In this document: in pieces, positions 49,668 through 61,207 of the stretch
Layout: every line of letters starts with the position of its first letter
Position numbering within the stretch: the stretch's first letter is position 1
Source: Bdellovibrionales bacterium
Lineage (GTDB): Bacteria; Bdellovibrionota; Bdellovibrionia; Bdellovibrionales; UBA1609
NCBI GenBank assembly: GCA_965219095.1
Contig: CBDCMT010000001.1
Location: 1,632,001-1,696,000 of the forward strand
Length of the DNA: 64,000 bases
Direction of reading: 5' to 3'
Program-made: the position numbers and the translations under genes
The notes under the pieces: model-generated
Database searches by the model: none
What the model was told of the DNA's origin: nothing
Seen by the model: only the letters and a program-made list of their open reading frames with translations

Positions 49668-52586
49668 ATGGATTTTGAAGAAAGGACCAGGAAAAAAGGC
49701 CTCCAAATTTTCTCTCATCTTAATCATAAAGAGGGTTCCTCTCCTTTTCAAAAACATTGGTGGTACAAGCGTATGATGGACTGGAGCATGCAAAATGAGA
49801 GTTTTAAAAACCAAATGTTTCGTTTTGTTGATGTTCTGCCTTATTTAAAAACAAATTCACAAGTTATAGAACATTTAAAAGAGTATTTTCAAGACTTTGA
49901 AAATGATAAACTCTCATCAGCCTTGCAAATGAGTCTTAAGTTAGGAGGTAGCCTAACAGCACCTCTTATCGCACGGACAGTAAAAAAGAATATAGAAGAG
50001 GTTGGAAAAATTTTCATTACAGCTGATAAACCAGAAAAAGCTCTGCCTCTGTTCCAAAAAATAAGAAAAAAGAATATAGCTTTTACTGTAGATCTTTTAG
50101 GAGAAGCCACTTTATCTGAAAAAGAGGCTGACTCTTATTACAAAAGATACATAGATCTTATGGACATCCTTTCAAAAGAATCTTGGAGCTATAACTCTCT
50201 TTTAGATGAAGATGATCAAGGAAGAATCCCTGCCCTTAACATTTCTATAAAACTTACCTCGCTTTACTCTCAAATCAACGAAAAAGCTTGGTCTCATACT
50301 ATTGAAGTTTTTAAAGAAAGACTAAGGCCTCTTTTAAGACGTGCTATAAAAGAGTTTATATTTATTAACATTGATATGGAAAGTTATGAACATAAAGATC
50401 TGATCTTACAAACCTTTAAAGAGATTATACAAGAAAAAGAGTTCATCTCTTATCCTCACTTTGGTATTGTCATACAAGCTTACCTTAGAGATTCACGAAA
50501 TGACATAGACGGACTTATTGATGTTTCTCAAAAAAGAAAAACTCCTTTCAGTGTTCGCCTTGTAAAAGGAGCTTACTGGGATCAAGAGATCATTTTAGCA
50601 CAACAAAAAAATTGGCCTTGTCCTGTATTTCTCAGCAAAAACCAAACAGATGAGAACTTTGAAAACTGTACAAAAGCTCTTATAGATGAGTATCCTTTTA
50701 TCAAACTAGCCCTTGCTTCTCATAACATAAGATCTTTGTCTGCAGGTCTTTGCTACCTTGAGAAAAAAAATCTTTCTCAAAAATCTATTGAAATCCAAAT
50801 GCTTTACGGAATGGCTGACTCCTTTCGTTTTGCTTTAAGCCAGATGGGTTACAGAGTCAGAGAGTACGCAACTATAGGAGAGCTTATCCCGGGAATGGCT
50901 TATTTAGTCAGACGTCTTTTAGAAAATAGCTCTAATGAATCTTTTTTAAAATTACGTTTTATCAATAAAGCCTCTGCAGAAGATCTTTTACAAAACCCTA
51001 AAGACAAACCTTTTAAAAGCCATACAAGCTTTCTAAAACCTACATTTAAAAATGAAGCTCCTTTAGATTTTTCAAAAAGAAAGGTAAGAGATCATATGAC
51101 TGAAACTCTCAAAGAGTTTCAGCTCAATCAAAAAACACGACCTGTTTTGATAAAATCTAAGGCTTACAAGACAAAGGAGATTTTTAAGAGAGAAAACCCC
51201 TCTTTTAACACACAGTCCTTGGGGACTGTTTTTATGGCCAATAAGAGTTTAACTGATCAAGCTGTCAAAACAGCTCAGCTTAGTTTTAAGAGTTGGAAAA
51301 AAGTAAATCCTATCAAAAGAGCAGAGTATCTTGATCAATTGGCTGAAGAACTTTTAAAAAATCGCTATCATTTCATATCCTATTTAATTTACGAAATCGG
51401 TAAACCCTGGTCAGAGGCTGATGGAGAATTAATTGAGGCTGTAGATTTTTGTCGTTATTATGCCGAACAAATGAGAAAACTCTGCTCTCCTCTTAAAAAT
51501 GGTGCTTTGGCAGGAGAAGATAATGTGTACCTCTATCGGCCTAAAGGAGTTTGTGCTGTAATCAGTCCTTGGAACTTTCCCTTGGCTATTCTCACAGGAA
51601 TGGTTTCAGCTGCTTTGGTTACAGGAAACACAGTTATCATAAAACCTGCCGAACAGAGTTCTCTTATTGCTTATGAACTTATGCTACTTTTTCAGAAAAT
51701 TAAACTTCCTTCAGGTGTTGTGAATTATTTGCCTGGGTATGGAGAAGATATAGGAGCTTATCTCGTAAAACATAATTTCGTTGATGTGATTGCTTTTACC
51801 GGATCTAAAAAAGTAGGTCTTGAAATTCTATCTCACTCATTAGAAGTTAAAACATCAAAAATAAAAAGATGCATTATTGAAATGGGAGGAAAAAATTCTA
51901 TTCTTATTGATGATGATGCCGATTTAGATGAAGCAGTAAAAGGAGTAGTCTACTCAGCTTTCAGCTTTCAGGGTCAAAAGTGTTCTGCTTGTAGTCGTGT
52001 TGTAGTTCTAGAAAACATTTATGATCTCTTCTTAGAAAGACTCATTGAAACTACGAAAAGTCTTCATATTGAAAAAAGTGATAAGCCCCTCTGTTTTATA
52101 GGACCTGTTGTAGATAAAGTAGCTTTTGAAAAAATAAATGCCTTTCTTTCACAAGCTACACCTTACTACAAAAAAGACGTCTTAGATCAAACAGGTTATT
52201 TTATAGGCCCCACAATTTTCACAGACCTTCCCTTAGATCATCCTTTAGTCACGAAAGAAATTTTTGGTCCTGTTTTAGTTGTTCTTAAAGCTAGAAATTT
52301 AGATGAAGCTCTTGCTATAGCCAACCGAACGGAGTATGGATTAACGGGAGGAATTTATTCCCGTTCTCCCTCTCATATTGAAAAAACAAAAAATAAGCTT
52401 CAAGTAGGTAACATTTACGTCAACCGCCCTATAACAGGGGCTATTGTTAATAGGCACCCTTTTGGAGGGATCAAACTATCAGGGGTGGGAAGTAAAACAG
52501 GAGGAGTGGATTACTTAAAACAGTTTATGGATCCTATAAGTATTTCAGAAAACACTATTAGAAGAGGCTTTGCTACGGAAGTTTAA
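49668..52586 (+). CDS. putA: Bifunctional proline dehydrogenase / P5C dehydrogenase
   Basis: FRFVDVLP, DLLGEA, RLVKGAYWD, YLVRRLLENSSN, EMGGKN, GQKCSACSR. Confidence 0.96.
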   Translation: MDFEERTRKKGLQIFSHLNHKEGSSPFQKHWWYKRMMDWSMQNESFKNQMFRFVDVLPYLKTNSQVIEHLKEYFQDFENDKLSSALQMSLKLGGSLTAPLIARTVKKNIEEVGKIFITADKPEKALPLFQKIRKKNIAFTVDLLGEATLSEKEADSYYKRYIDLMDILSKESWSYNSLLDEDDQGRIPALNISIKLTSLYSQINEKAWSHTIEVFKERLRPLLRRAIKEFIFINIDMESYEHKDLILQTFKEIIQEKEFISYPHFGIVIQAYLRDSRNDIDGLIDVSQKRKTPFSVRLVKGAYWDQEIILAQQKNWPCPVFLSKNQTDENFENCTKALIDEYPFIKLALASHNIRSLSAGLCYLEKKNLSQKSIEIQMLYGMADSFRFALSQMGYRVREYATIGELIPGMAYLVRRLLENSSNESFLKLRFINKASAEDLLQNPKDKPFKSHTSFLKPTFKNEAPLDFSKRKVRDHMTETLKEFQLNQKTRPVLIKSKAYKTKEIFKRENPSFNTQSLGTVFMANKSLTDQAVKTAQLSFKSWKKVNPIKRAEYLDQLAEELLKNRYHFISYLIYEIGKPWSEADGELIEAVDFCRYYAEQMRKLCSPLKNGALAGEDNVYLYRPKGVCAVISPWNFPLAILTGMVSAALVTGNTVIIKPAEQSSLIAYELMLLFQKIKLPSGVVNYLPGYGEDIGAYLVKHNFVDVIAFTGSKKVGLEILSHSLEVKTSKIKRCIIEMGGKNSILIDDDADLDEAVKGVVYSAFSFQGQKCSACSRVVVLENIYDLFLERLIETTKSLHIEKSDKPLCFIGPVVDKVAFEKINAFLSQATPYYKKDVLDQTGYFIGPTIFTDLPLDHPLVTKEIFGPVLVVLKARNLDEALAIANRTEYGLTGGIYSRSPSHIEKTKNKLQVGNIYVNRPITGAIVNRHPFGGIKLSGVGSKTGGVDYLKQFMDPISISENTIRRGFATEV

Positions 52587-53577
52587 AATCTTCTGCATAA
52601 CCTATAGGTTTCATTTTCAGTCCTTTATCATAAATTGATTTATGGCAAAAACGAAAAAGCAAAGCTATGAGAACTCCGAAAATTTGTCCTCCTAAGTGAG
52701 AAGAGTAAGCTACTGAAGTTTCGCTTGTGTAAATAAGACCTGTTAAATCTCGTAGAGTCCAAAAGATAAGTATCCAAAGAGCCGGAAGATAAATAAAACC
52801 CATAAAACCTTTTTTTGGAAAGACAAACCAGAAGTAACGAACGGGTTTAAAACCATAATAAACACATAGAAAAGCTAACATTGCGTTTACGGTCCCACTC
52901 GCTCCGATAAGAGGAGCAAGAGATAACCCTCCATTTAAGAAATCATAAAAAAGGGCTGCAAAAAAAGCTGAGAACAAATAAAAACCTAAAAATAAAAGAC
53001 TTCCCATAATTTTTTCCACTAAAGGAACAAAAAGAAGAAAGAAAAACATATTTACTAAAAAATGAGACATATCCATATGAAAAAATTGATAAGAAAACCT
53101 CCTAGGCCAATCTGAGTTTTGAAAGCTTAAACCCCACTTTACTAAAGGGCTTTCGCTTCTTATATACATAAATTCATCCTTCTTTTTTCTCCAAATAGAG
53201 TAACCTAAATGATCCTCATAGATTACATTTTCTGAACCCTTTAAGAACAAACTATCTTTTAAAGAGAGTTTAAGTATTTCATGCTGGCTTTTTTCGTGAG
53301 ATTTCAAGGATTTTGAAGCAAGACTTCTTGTTTTAAGAGGGTAGTGTTCAGAGTTTTGAAGTATAAAATTGCTGTAAACTTTTATATGTGTTTCGGCAAA
53401 GTGTTCGCTAAAAAACACTTTTGAAGACTGTTTATGCAATTTATGAATGGTTGAAAAATTATAAAGAAAGAGAAAACCATAAATAGAAAACAAAAGAAAT
53501 GAAAGAGGGGCTTTTTGAAAACCTTGAAAAAAGATCAAAATCAGAAATAATCCCTTTCTTTTAAGAAAAGAGAACAA
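52573..53577 (-). CDS. Rhomboid intramembrane serine protease
   Basis: FFH...HFLVNM, LIGASG (Ser), SHLGG (His). Confidence 0.85.
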   Translation of the reverse strand: MFSFLKRKGLFLILIFFQGFQKAPLSFLLFSIYGFLFLYNFSTIHKLHKQSSKVFFSEHFAETHIKVYSNFILQNSEHYPLKTRSLASKSLKSHEKSQHEILKLSLKDSLFLKGSENVIYEDHLGYSIWRKKKDEFMYIRSESPLVKWGLSFQNSDWPRRFSYQFFHMDMSHFLVNMFFFLLFVPLVEKIMGSLLFLGFYLFSAFFAALFYDFLNGGLSLAPLIGASGTVNAMLAFLCVYYGFKPVRYFWFVFPKKGFMGFIYLPALWILIFWTLRDLTGLIYTSETSVAYSSHLGGQIFGVLIALLFRFCHKSIYDKGLKMKPIGYAEDFKLP

Positions 53578-54398
53578 GCTTGTTTGAGGTACTGTCGAGA
53601 AACTTTGGATTCATTTTTATATATGAAAGCATGAGCTAAATAACTTAAATCTTTTAAACTAGAATCACAAAAAGAAGCAGCTACCTCTTTTTTCAAACAC
53701 CTTCTTGAAATTTTATTTTCATCAAATAAAAAAAGAGACTTTTTAAGTCGCCCCTCTAAAGAAAAGGAACTTTCCTTTTTTACTTCATCACAAAAAGATT
53801 TTAAAGGTGCATTTTTTTTAAAAGAAGCCAACTCTCTTTTATAGGAAAAACGCTCCCTTTCTTCCATAAAGATCATAAATAAAAAAATCCATAAAAAACT
53901 AATAGCAAAAACAAGACAGTAGGAAAGACTTTTCAGAGAGGAAGAGCTTAAATAATAATCAGATTCTCTATTTTTAGAATGCGAGAGAACCAAAGAGTTT
54001 GCCACTTTATCTTGAAAAGTTTGCCTCTTTTGAGAATCTTTAAAGATCCTTAAAGAAGGTAAAAATACAAATGCTACATTTACTGCAGAAAATAAACCTC
54101 TTACAAGTCCAAAACAAAAACTCAAACGTCTCCCCTCTTCATCTACTGTATAAAGTCCCATAATAAGTTGCCCTAAAGTTTTTTCATACAAACTAAGACA
54201 AAAAGCTTCATACAAAGCCATACAAAGAAAAAAGATTAAAAAGGAATTTCCTAGGAAAGAAAACAAATTACAAAGAGGCCAGATCACGACAAAAAAATCT
54301 AGACAAAAGGCTGAAATTCTTGAAAAAGGTACAGCAAAATAAAGCCCCCTCTTTTGAGATTCATTCTCAAAAGAAGAAAAAAAGTTTTCTATGACCAT
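53541..54398 (-). CDS. RDD family membrane protein
   Basis: RISAFCLD, TLGQLIMGL, RQTFQDKVANS. Confidence 0.8.
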   Translation of the reverse strand: MVIENFFSSFENESQKRGLYFAVPFSRISAFCLDFFVVIWPLCNLFSFLGNSFLIFFLCMALYEAFCLSLYEKTLGQLIMGLYTVDEEGRRLSFCFGLVRGLFSAVNVAFVFLPSLRIFKDSQKRQTFQDKVANSLVLSHSKNRESDYYLSSSSLKSLSYCLVFAISFLWIFLFMIFMEERERFSYKRELASFKKNAPLKSFCDEVKKESSFSLEGRLKKSLFLFDENKISRRCLKKEVAASFCDSSLKDLSYLAHAFIYKNESKVSRQYLKQACSLFLKERDYF

Positions 54399-54404
54399 GG
54401 AATC

Positions 54405-54431
54405 TTATCGGTTTAAAGGGATAAGAGCTTA
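54405..54431 (-). promoter_or_regulatory. Putative sigma28 promoter of the RDD-rhomboid pair
   Basis: Minus strand TAAG-N15-ACCGATAA. Confidence 0.55.
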
Positions 54432-54437
54432 AAAAAC

Positions 54438-55064
54438 TTACTTTGAAACAGGGTCAATCCTTAAGGATAGGAGATAACCTTTGGAATTGAGCTCAAAAAT
54501 CATGCTTGCTTTTTTGAATTTTTTCTTATCAAAGAGTGCATAGACGGCTTTTTTAGCTGTTTTCTTTTCTATGGCAAAAGAAGAGAAACTCACAGCCCAA
54601 CTTTTTTTATATTTTGTTATGAAGTTTTCAAAGCTTTTAAGTTGAATGATCTGCTCGTTCTGATGTTGAAAAGATAGAACTTTATTTCGAATGTACTTAA
54701 AGACGTAAGCTCCCTTCAACTCTTCGCCATAAGCCATTTTATCATTTAAAGTAGGTTCTTTTCCAAACCTTACTCTTATGTTCTTTGATGAAAAGGAATT
54801 CAAACGATTGAGAAGTTTTTTCTCTAAGTTTTTATCATCTTGAAGGGAGGCTAGATCCCTTGTAGATTCCTCACCTTTCAAAGTCATCCACTGAGCTTCT
54901 CTTAGAAGATAAGTGTTTGTCAGAGTGATAAGGCATAAAAACGCTAATATATAAAAAATAGAATCACCTCTAAAGCGAGAAGGTGAATCTGTTTGAGAAG
55001 AATTTTTAAAGTTTTTTTGAGGAAAATCAATAATTTTTCCTTTTTTATTATTTTTCATAAACAT
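54438..55064 (-). CDS. Hypothetical single-pass membrane protein
   Basis: One TM helix, RDLAS motif, AGGAGT RBS. Confidence 0.7.
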   Translation of the reverse strand: MFMKNNKKGKIIDFPQKNFKNSSQTDSPSRFRGDSIFYILAFLCLITLTNTYLLREAQWMTLKGEESTRDLASLQDDKNLEKKLLNRLNSFSSKNIRVRFGKEPTLNDKMAYGEELKGAYVFKYIRNKVLSFQHQNEQIIQLKSFENFITKYKKSWAVSFSSFAIEKKTAKKAVYALFDKKKFKKASMIFELNSKGYLLSLRIDPVSK

Positions 55065-55087
55065 ACTCCTATTATACTATTCTTTCA

Positions 55088-55103
55088 TGCGAAATTCATG
55101 CCA
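55088..55103 (-). promoter_or_regulatory. Putative sigma54 promoter
   Basis: Minus strand TGGCATGAATTTCGCA (GG-N10-GC), 23 bp upstream of ATG 55064. Confidence 0.6.
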
Positions 55104-55274
55104 AAGTGATGGGACGCAATATACTAAGACCTTAGTGTTTAAAAAATAGACACTTGTTACATCTTTACAGATCAATTTTTGTTTTTTCACTCTTAAACTT
55201 CTATTCACTTTTACTTTCATGTAAAGTTTATACATATAAAGTTCATATGAACCTTATAAGAATTCTTTATTCAG

Positions 55275-55634
55275 CTACGCAACTCTTCTTTTACGGATTA
55301 AAGACAAGGCGATATTGTACTGTTTGAGTTTTCTATAAAGAGTGGCACGACCAATTTTTAATTCCCTTGATACTTCTGTAAGGTTGCCTCTACATTCCTT
55401 AATGGCATTTTCTATGGCTTGTTTTTCTAAATCAGCAATGGATATGACCTTAGAATCCTCATAATGAATGTCAGTGTTCGTATAAGAATTTACAGGCATA
55501 TCTTTTTGTAAACCTATCGGCAAACTAGGCTCTTGTTTTATTTCTATAACTTCCATATCCCACTGAGAGCAAAAAGAATGAAGATGTTGGAGTAACAAAG
55601 AATCTTGACTTAAGACATATACTTTACTTTTCAT
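55275..55634 (-). CDS. Stand-alone Fis-type HTH protein
   Basis: LEKQAIENAIKECRGNLTEVSRELKIGRATLYRKLKQY with no AAA+ domain; AGGAGGT RBS. Confidence 0.85.
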   Translation of the reverse strand: MKSKVYVLSQDSLLLQHLHSFCSQWDMEVIEIKQEPSLPIGLQKDMPVNSYTNTDIHYEDSKVISIADLEKQAIENAIKECRGNLTEVSRELKIGRATLYRKLKQYNIALSLIRKRRVA

Positions 55635-55655
55635 AATAAACCTCCTACAAGCTTT

Positions 55656-55683
55656 TTATCGGAAAGGTACTCCCTAAACTTTA
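55656..55683 (-). promoter_or_regulatory. Putative sigma28 promoter of the Fis-type gene
   Basis: Minus strand TAAAGTTT-N12-TCCGATAA. Confidence 0.6.
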
Positions 55684-55928
55684 GTCTCTTGAATGAATTT
55701 TTTACACTCAAATCAAAATGACAGCATCTGAGAAAAATAAAACCTCCAATAAAAATATCAAAATTCTGTATGCTTCATATTGAGACAGTTGCAATTTCTC
55801 TTACTTCTTGAAATTACTATATTTTAAAAAAATTAGTTACACAATTTCGGTAAATAGAAAAAGCAAGGTCACTTTGAAGGTCTTTTTTAACCTTATAAGG
55901 TTCCTTAAAGAAAGGGTTAGATTCTAAC

Positions 55929-56498
55929 TTAATGTTTAATTTTTGGACCTACTAAACCATCAAAATAACTTTCTGAATTTCTTAGATTTAGGTTAAAAAA
56001 GAAGGCTTTATTTTTTTTTGATGAATTTAAGAAGTCTAAAAGTTTAACCATTCTGGGTAAAGATATGCCCATATAAAATTTTAAGCTGTCAAATTTTTCA
56101 TACTTTTCTTTTGAGACTTCTAAAAAAGAAGCCACTTCTTCAATAGTTTTTCCTGACTGTACTCTAATATTATTTAATTTATAGGTAATGCACAATTTGA
56201 GAAAGAGGTCTGAGGATTCTTCCTTGCTCAATTTAAAAAATGAGATTAAAGGTTTGAAGTATTCTAGAGGAATAGGAGCTTTTTTGCTTTCCCATTTCGA
56301 TATGTCTTCTTCTAAAAGGTTAAATTTTTTTGCTAATTCACCTTGGCTGAGATCTAATTTCAAACGATTGTCGCGAAAAGTTCTACCGATCCAAAATACA
56401 TGGAGAGTACCTTTAATTGTTTTTTGTATTTGTCTCTTAACTCTTTCCGACTGTTCTTTTATTTTAGCCTGTTCTTTTTTATCGTCTTTTTTACTCAT
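55929..56498 (-). CDS. XRE-family regulator with two HTH domains
   Basis: RLKLDLSQGELAKK..ISKWE and RVQSGKTIEEVASFLEVSKEKYEK; AGGAG RBS. Confidence 0.75.
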   Translation of the reverse strand: MSKKDDKKEQAKIKEQSERVKRQIQKTIKGTLHVFWIGRTFRDNRLKLDLSQGELAKKFNLLEEDISKWESKKAPIPLEYFKPLISFFKLSKEESSDLFLKLCITYKLNNIRVQSGKTIEEVASFLEVSKEKYEKFDSLKFYMGISLPRMVKLLDFLNSSKKNKAFFFNLNLRNSESYFDGLVGPKIKH

Positions 56499-56674
56499 TT
56501 TTGTTCTCCTAACTGTAATGATTTAATACAACTTTTTTTTTCATTTTTTCTTCTCTTAAACCTCTGTAAGGCCACTTTTATTCTTGGGAGTGGTCAAAAT
56601 TCTTCGTTAAATTCAATTACTTTGCCATTAATGAGACTCTACTCCATCTAAGCATCCTCCACCTTTCGCATGTA

Positions 56675-57413
56675 TACTGATTGCATTTCAAAATCCCACA
56701 TTAATTTTTTAGGAAGAATCATACACATGGAAGTTGTAGGTCAAGAGGCTGTGTAATTCTTTGTTATATTTTCTTGAAAATCGAAAAAAAGAGGTGCAAG
56801 CAGTTTGAAATTCATAAAATGTTTCATAGTATCTGTTGTAAAGAACCTTTTTCTTGAAAAACTTCCAATATCGCTCTATTGGATTAAGATTAGGGTTGTA
56901 AGCTGGCAAAAAAAATAACGTTATGTTTAGCTTTTTAGTCGTCTTCTTCACTAAATCTGACTGATGAGATCGTGCTTGATCTAATACAACAACAAGCTCT
57001 TTGGAAGAACCAGGTTGACGTCTCAGATCTTTTAAAAATTGAGACACCGTTTCAAGAGAAAGCTTGGAACGTTTGGTACTGTTCTCATAATCATCTGCTA
57101 TTAAAAGGCTTATTTCACCTTCTTTATACTTCTGAAGCCATCGGTTAATAGAACTAGAACTCAGATCAAGAAAAAATAGCTCCCATATCTTACGCTGACT
57201 ATAACCATCATCTAAAAGAAGAATGATATGGAGCCGATAAGCATATCTTTTCTTATCTTCTCGATTTAATGCTGATAAAAGCTCTTGATGCTTTTTTTTT
57301 GATAACAAAACTCCCATAAAAGATATTGTTTACATAGAACTCTATGTTATCAAGACATTTTGACAAAAACTAGACCCCACTTTCTGTGTATGGATTTTGA
57401 AGTGCAATCAGTA
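56675..57413 (-). mobile_element. IS630 type C, internally deleted, TA-flanked
   Basis: TIRs tactgattgcatttcaaaatcc / ggattttgaagtgcaatcagta; 202-aa ORF joins the HTH directly to LDQARSH...LPAYNPNLNPIERYW and lacks the first catalytic Asp region. Confidence 0.85.
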
Positions 57414-57425
57414 TAGTAAATCTTC

Positions 57426-57528
57426 GAGATTGTCCGTAAAGTCGTTAGGGTTTGAAGAAGGGGTTCCCCTGAGCTAAACTCAGGGTATTATAAACAAACC
57501 AGAAGGGAGCCCCAAATGAAAGATACAC
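57426..57528 (+). mobile_element. Probable IS256-type left end, truncated by IS66
   Basis: gagattgtccgtaaag terminus, GGGAG RBS and ATG AAA GAT ACA cut at the IS66 TIR; family assignment is tentative. Confidence 0.35.
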
Positions 57529-58527
57529 GTAACTGCTCACCTACATTGTTCAGTTATCCCTAACTTTAGACCTGTTTTAAGATAAAAGTCTTGCTCTTAC
57601 AGATTTTCTTTTAAATACTTTTTTCAAATGACAATAAATAAGACCTCCATCAGAAATGAGATTGAAAATATAAGAAGTGACTTTGATAAGTTTGCAAAGA
57701 AAGGTTCTGTGCCTACTGAGATTTCTGTGATTGTTGAATCTCTCTTTAAGGTTGTGAACATTCTGATTGTTGTGTTTTTAGAAAAACAGGTTCGAAAAAA
57801 TTCCAGCAACAGCGGTCTTCCTCCTTCGCAAGATTTTAGTCGTCAAGGGAATTGTAATAAGAAAGCTAGTGGGAGTCAGAAAAAGGGCTCTAGACTTGAT
57901 AACAGTAAAGATACAAAACAGCGAGGAGACTGTCTCTCCCTCAGAGTGTTCTCAGTGTGGGATGTGTTTAAAGACAGCAGAGGTAAAAAGCCTTGAGAAG
58001 CGTAAAAAGATTGATATTTTTTATGAAATTCAGACCCATACTGTAACTTCTGAAGTTAAGGATTGTCCCTCATGTGGAGCTAGAAATAAAGGTCAATTCC
58101 CTAAAGGTATGAGTGGTCCTCTTCAGTATGGTATAGGCATTAGAGCTTCCATCATCAATTTCATTATAGTTCAGATGCTGTCTTTTAGAGCGTGTTGGGG
58201 AACATTACATGGGGCTTATAGGTCGAATGATTTTTCCTGCAGTTATGTTGAGATACATTGCTGAATTAGGAGAGTTTCTTAAAAGTTGGGAAGAGCAGAT
58301 GAAAGAAAAGATACTTGAATCAGAGGTCATTCATGTTGATGAGACCTCTATGAGGGTTAAGGGTAAAAACTACTGGATTCATACTTATAGTTCAGGAGAA
58401 TTAGTCTTGCAGTTTCTCCACCTTTCAGGTGGAAGGGAAGCCATAAAAGATATTGGTCTCTTGGATAGATATGGAGGAGTGCTTGTGCATGATTGTTGGA
58501 GTCCTTACTTTTGTTATGATAAGATAA

Positions 58528-59798
58528 TACCAATTACAGAAATTAATTCGACATTTTTATGTTCAAATTTAAAATTTTAAAATTGACTTAAGGAAAAGTT
58601 TCAATTAGGAGGCTTTAAAAAAGTTTTTTTTGAAGGGAGGTTGAGTTTTCATAAGATATGTTTATTTTATGTATATCTATTGTTGTGTGAATCGATTGAT
58701 GGGTTAAAATAAGTGTAAAAAAGTGAGGTTAAGATGTAAAATGAAAAAAATCAGTTACGCAATTTAATTTATAGGTTCAAATTAATTTACAAGCTTGATT
58801 CATCTTGTTGTTTTGTCCAAGATCGAGTGCATAATTTTTTAATCCTGCCCTCCTGATCGCAAAAAGTATTCCAGGCCTCACAACAAGTATTCAGTATATG
58901 GTCATAGTTTTTAAAACATGCATTCGATAATTTGATCCTTCGTAATTGTTGCCAGACTTGTTCCATGGGATTTAATTCTGGACTATAAGGAGGTAAAGGC
59001 ATCAGGGATAAATTCTTAGGAACTATCAAAGTCTCTGTGGTATGCCAACTGGCTCTGTCCATTAAAACAATTCCATGATAGTTTTCTTGAATATTTTTAG
59101 ATATCTCATCTAAGTGAATTTGCATCATCCCTGAATTACATTCCGGTAAAACCCAAGCACAGCCTTTATCTTTATCCGGACAAACTGCTCCAAAAATATA
59201 AGTGGATAAAAATTGTCTTTGTCTCACAACTCTAGGTCGTGTGCCTTTTCTTGCCCAAATCCTGCTTAAAGAACCTTGCTGGCCTATTCTGCATTCATCC
59301 TGCCACCAAATCTCTATTTTATGAGTCTGAATCTTTTCCTTTATTTTCTCCACCTCTTCTGGAAAATGTTCCTTAAACTGTTCCATAGCTTCTTGTGAAG
59401 TTTTAGGATGAAGAGAACGACCACTGATCCATACAATATTAAGACGGTCTAAAGAAACATAAACCCCAGAAAGAGAATAGCAACAGTCAAATTCATTTGC
59501 TAAAAGTTCCTGTATTCCCTTTGCTCCTATGCTTCCTCCTTCTCTCTTGTCTTGAATTTCATCTAACTTGATTTTGAAGTTCTCTTCTTCTGTCACTGGT
59601 AAACGAGGCTTGCGCCCTCTGCCTTCTCGATCTATCAACCCCTCGTAATCAAAGTCTACAAAAGACTGTAACCAGGATTTGATACTGTGACGGTGATAGA
59701 AAACTATACTTGCTGTTTCTTGAATCGATTTTCCTTCTTGCATATGCTGCAAAGCTTGGAGTTTTATCTTGATGTTGGCACTTCTTTCTACTTTGTAA
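58528..59798 (-). mobile_element. IS630 type A missing its left end (uninterrupted 321-aa ORF 58787-59752)
   Basis: Right TIR at 58528; WQDECRIGQQG in frame; cut at TAA by the next copy. Confidence 0.88.
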
Positions 59799-61207
59799 TA
59801 CCAATTACAGAAATTAATTCGACATTTTTATGTTCAAATTTAAAATTTTAAAATTGACTTAAGGAAAAGTTTCAATTAGGAGGCTTTAAAAAAGTTTTTT
59901 TTGAAGGGAGGTTGAGTTTTCATAAGATATGTTTATTTTATGTATATCTATTGTTGTGTGAATCGATTGATGGGTTAAAATAAGTGTAAAAAAGTGAAGT
60001 TAAGATGTAAAATGAAAAAAATCAGTTACGCAATTTAATTTATAGGTTCAAATTAATTTACAAGCTTGATTCATCTTGTTGTTTTGCCCAAGATCGAGTG
60101 CATAATTTTTTAATCCTGCCCTCCTGATCGCAAAAAGTATTCCAGGCCTCACAACAAGTATTCAGTATATGGTCATAGTTTTTAAAACATGCATTCGATA
60201 ATTTGATCCTTCGTAATTGTTGCCAGACTTGTTCCATGGGATTTAATTCTGGACTATAAGGAGGTAAAGGCACATCAGGGATAAATTCTTAGGAACTATC
60301 AAAGTCTCTGTGGTATGCCAACTGGCTCTGTCCATTAAAACAATTCCATGATAGTTTTCTTGAATATTTTTAGATATCTCATCTAAGTGAATTTGCATCA
60401 TCCCTGAATTACATTCCGGTAAAACCCAAGCACAGCCTTTATCTTTATCCGGACAAACTGCTCCAAAAATATAAGTGGATAAAAATTGTCTTTGTCTCAC
60501 AACTCTAGGTCGTGTGCCTTTTCTTGCCCAAATCCTGCTTAAAGAACCTTGCTGAGCTTATTCTGCATTCATCCTGCCACCAAATCTCTATTTTATGAGT
60601 CTGAATCTTTTCCTTTATTTTCTCCACCTCTTCTGGAAAATGTTCCTTAAACTGTTCCATAGCTTCTTAATGAACTTTTAGGATGAAGAGAACGACCACT
60701 GATCCATACAATATTAAGACGGTCTAAAGAAACATAAACCCCAGAAAGAGAATAGCAACAGTCAAATTCATTTGCTAAAAGTTCCTGTATTCCCTTTGCT
60801 CCTATGCTTCCTCCTTCTCTCTTGTCTTGAATTTCATCTAACTTGATTTTGAAGTTCTCTTCTTCTGTCACTGGTAAACGAGGCTTGCGCCCTCTGCCTT
60901 CTCGATCTATCAACCCCTCGTAATCAAAGTCTACAAAAGACTGTAACCAGGATTTGATACTGTGACGGTGATAGAAAACTATACTTGCTGTTTCTTGAAT
61001 CGATTTTCCTTCTTGCATATGCTGCAAAGCTTGGAGTTTTATCTTGATGTTGGCACTTCTTTCTACTTTGTAAGTAGCTAGAAAATCATACCCTTGAATT
61101 TGTGTAACTAAATCTTTTTTCGACACTCTAAAAATTTAACAGAGTTTGATCAAAAAGCCAGGACGCTATGCGTTAAAAGAATGTCGAATTAATTTTTGGA
61201 AATGGTA
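59799..61207 (-). mobile_element. IS630 type A, full length (1409 bp), frameshifted
   Basis: Both TIRs; ORF pieces 60647-61126, 60243-60500, 60058-60273. Confidence 0.9.

Noticed and set aside
55929..56498. XRE gene as a prophage repressor
   Set aside because: No integrase, structural or replication genes nearby
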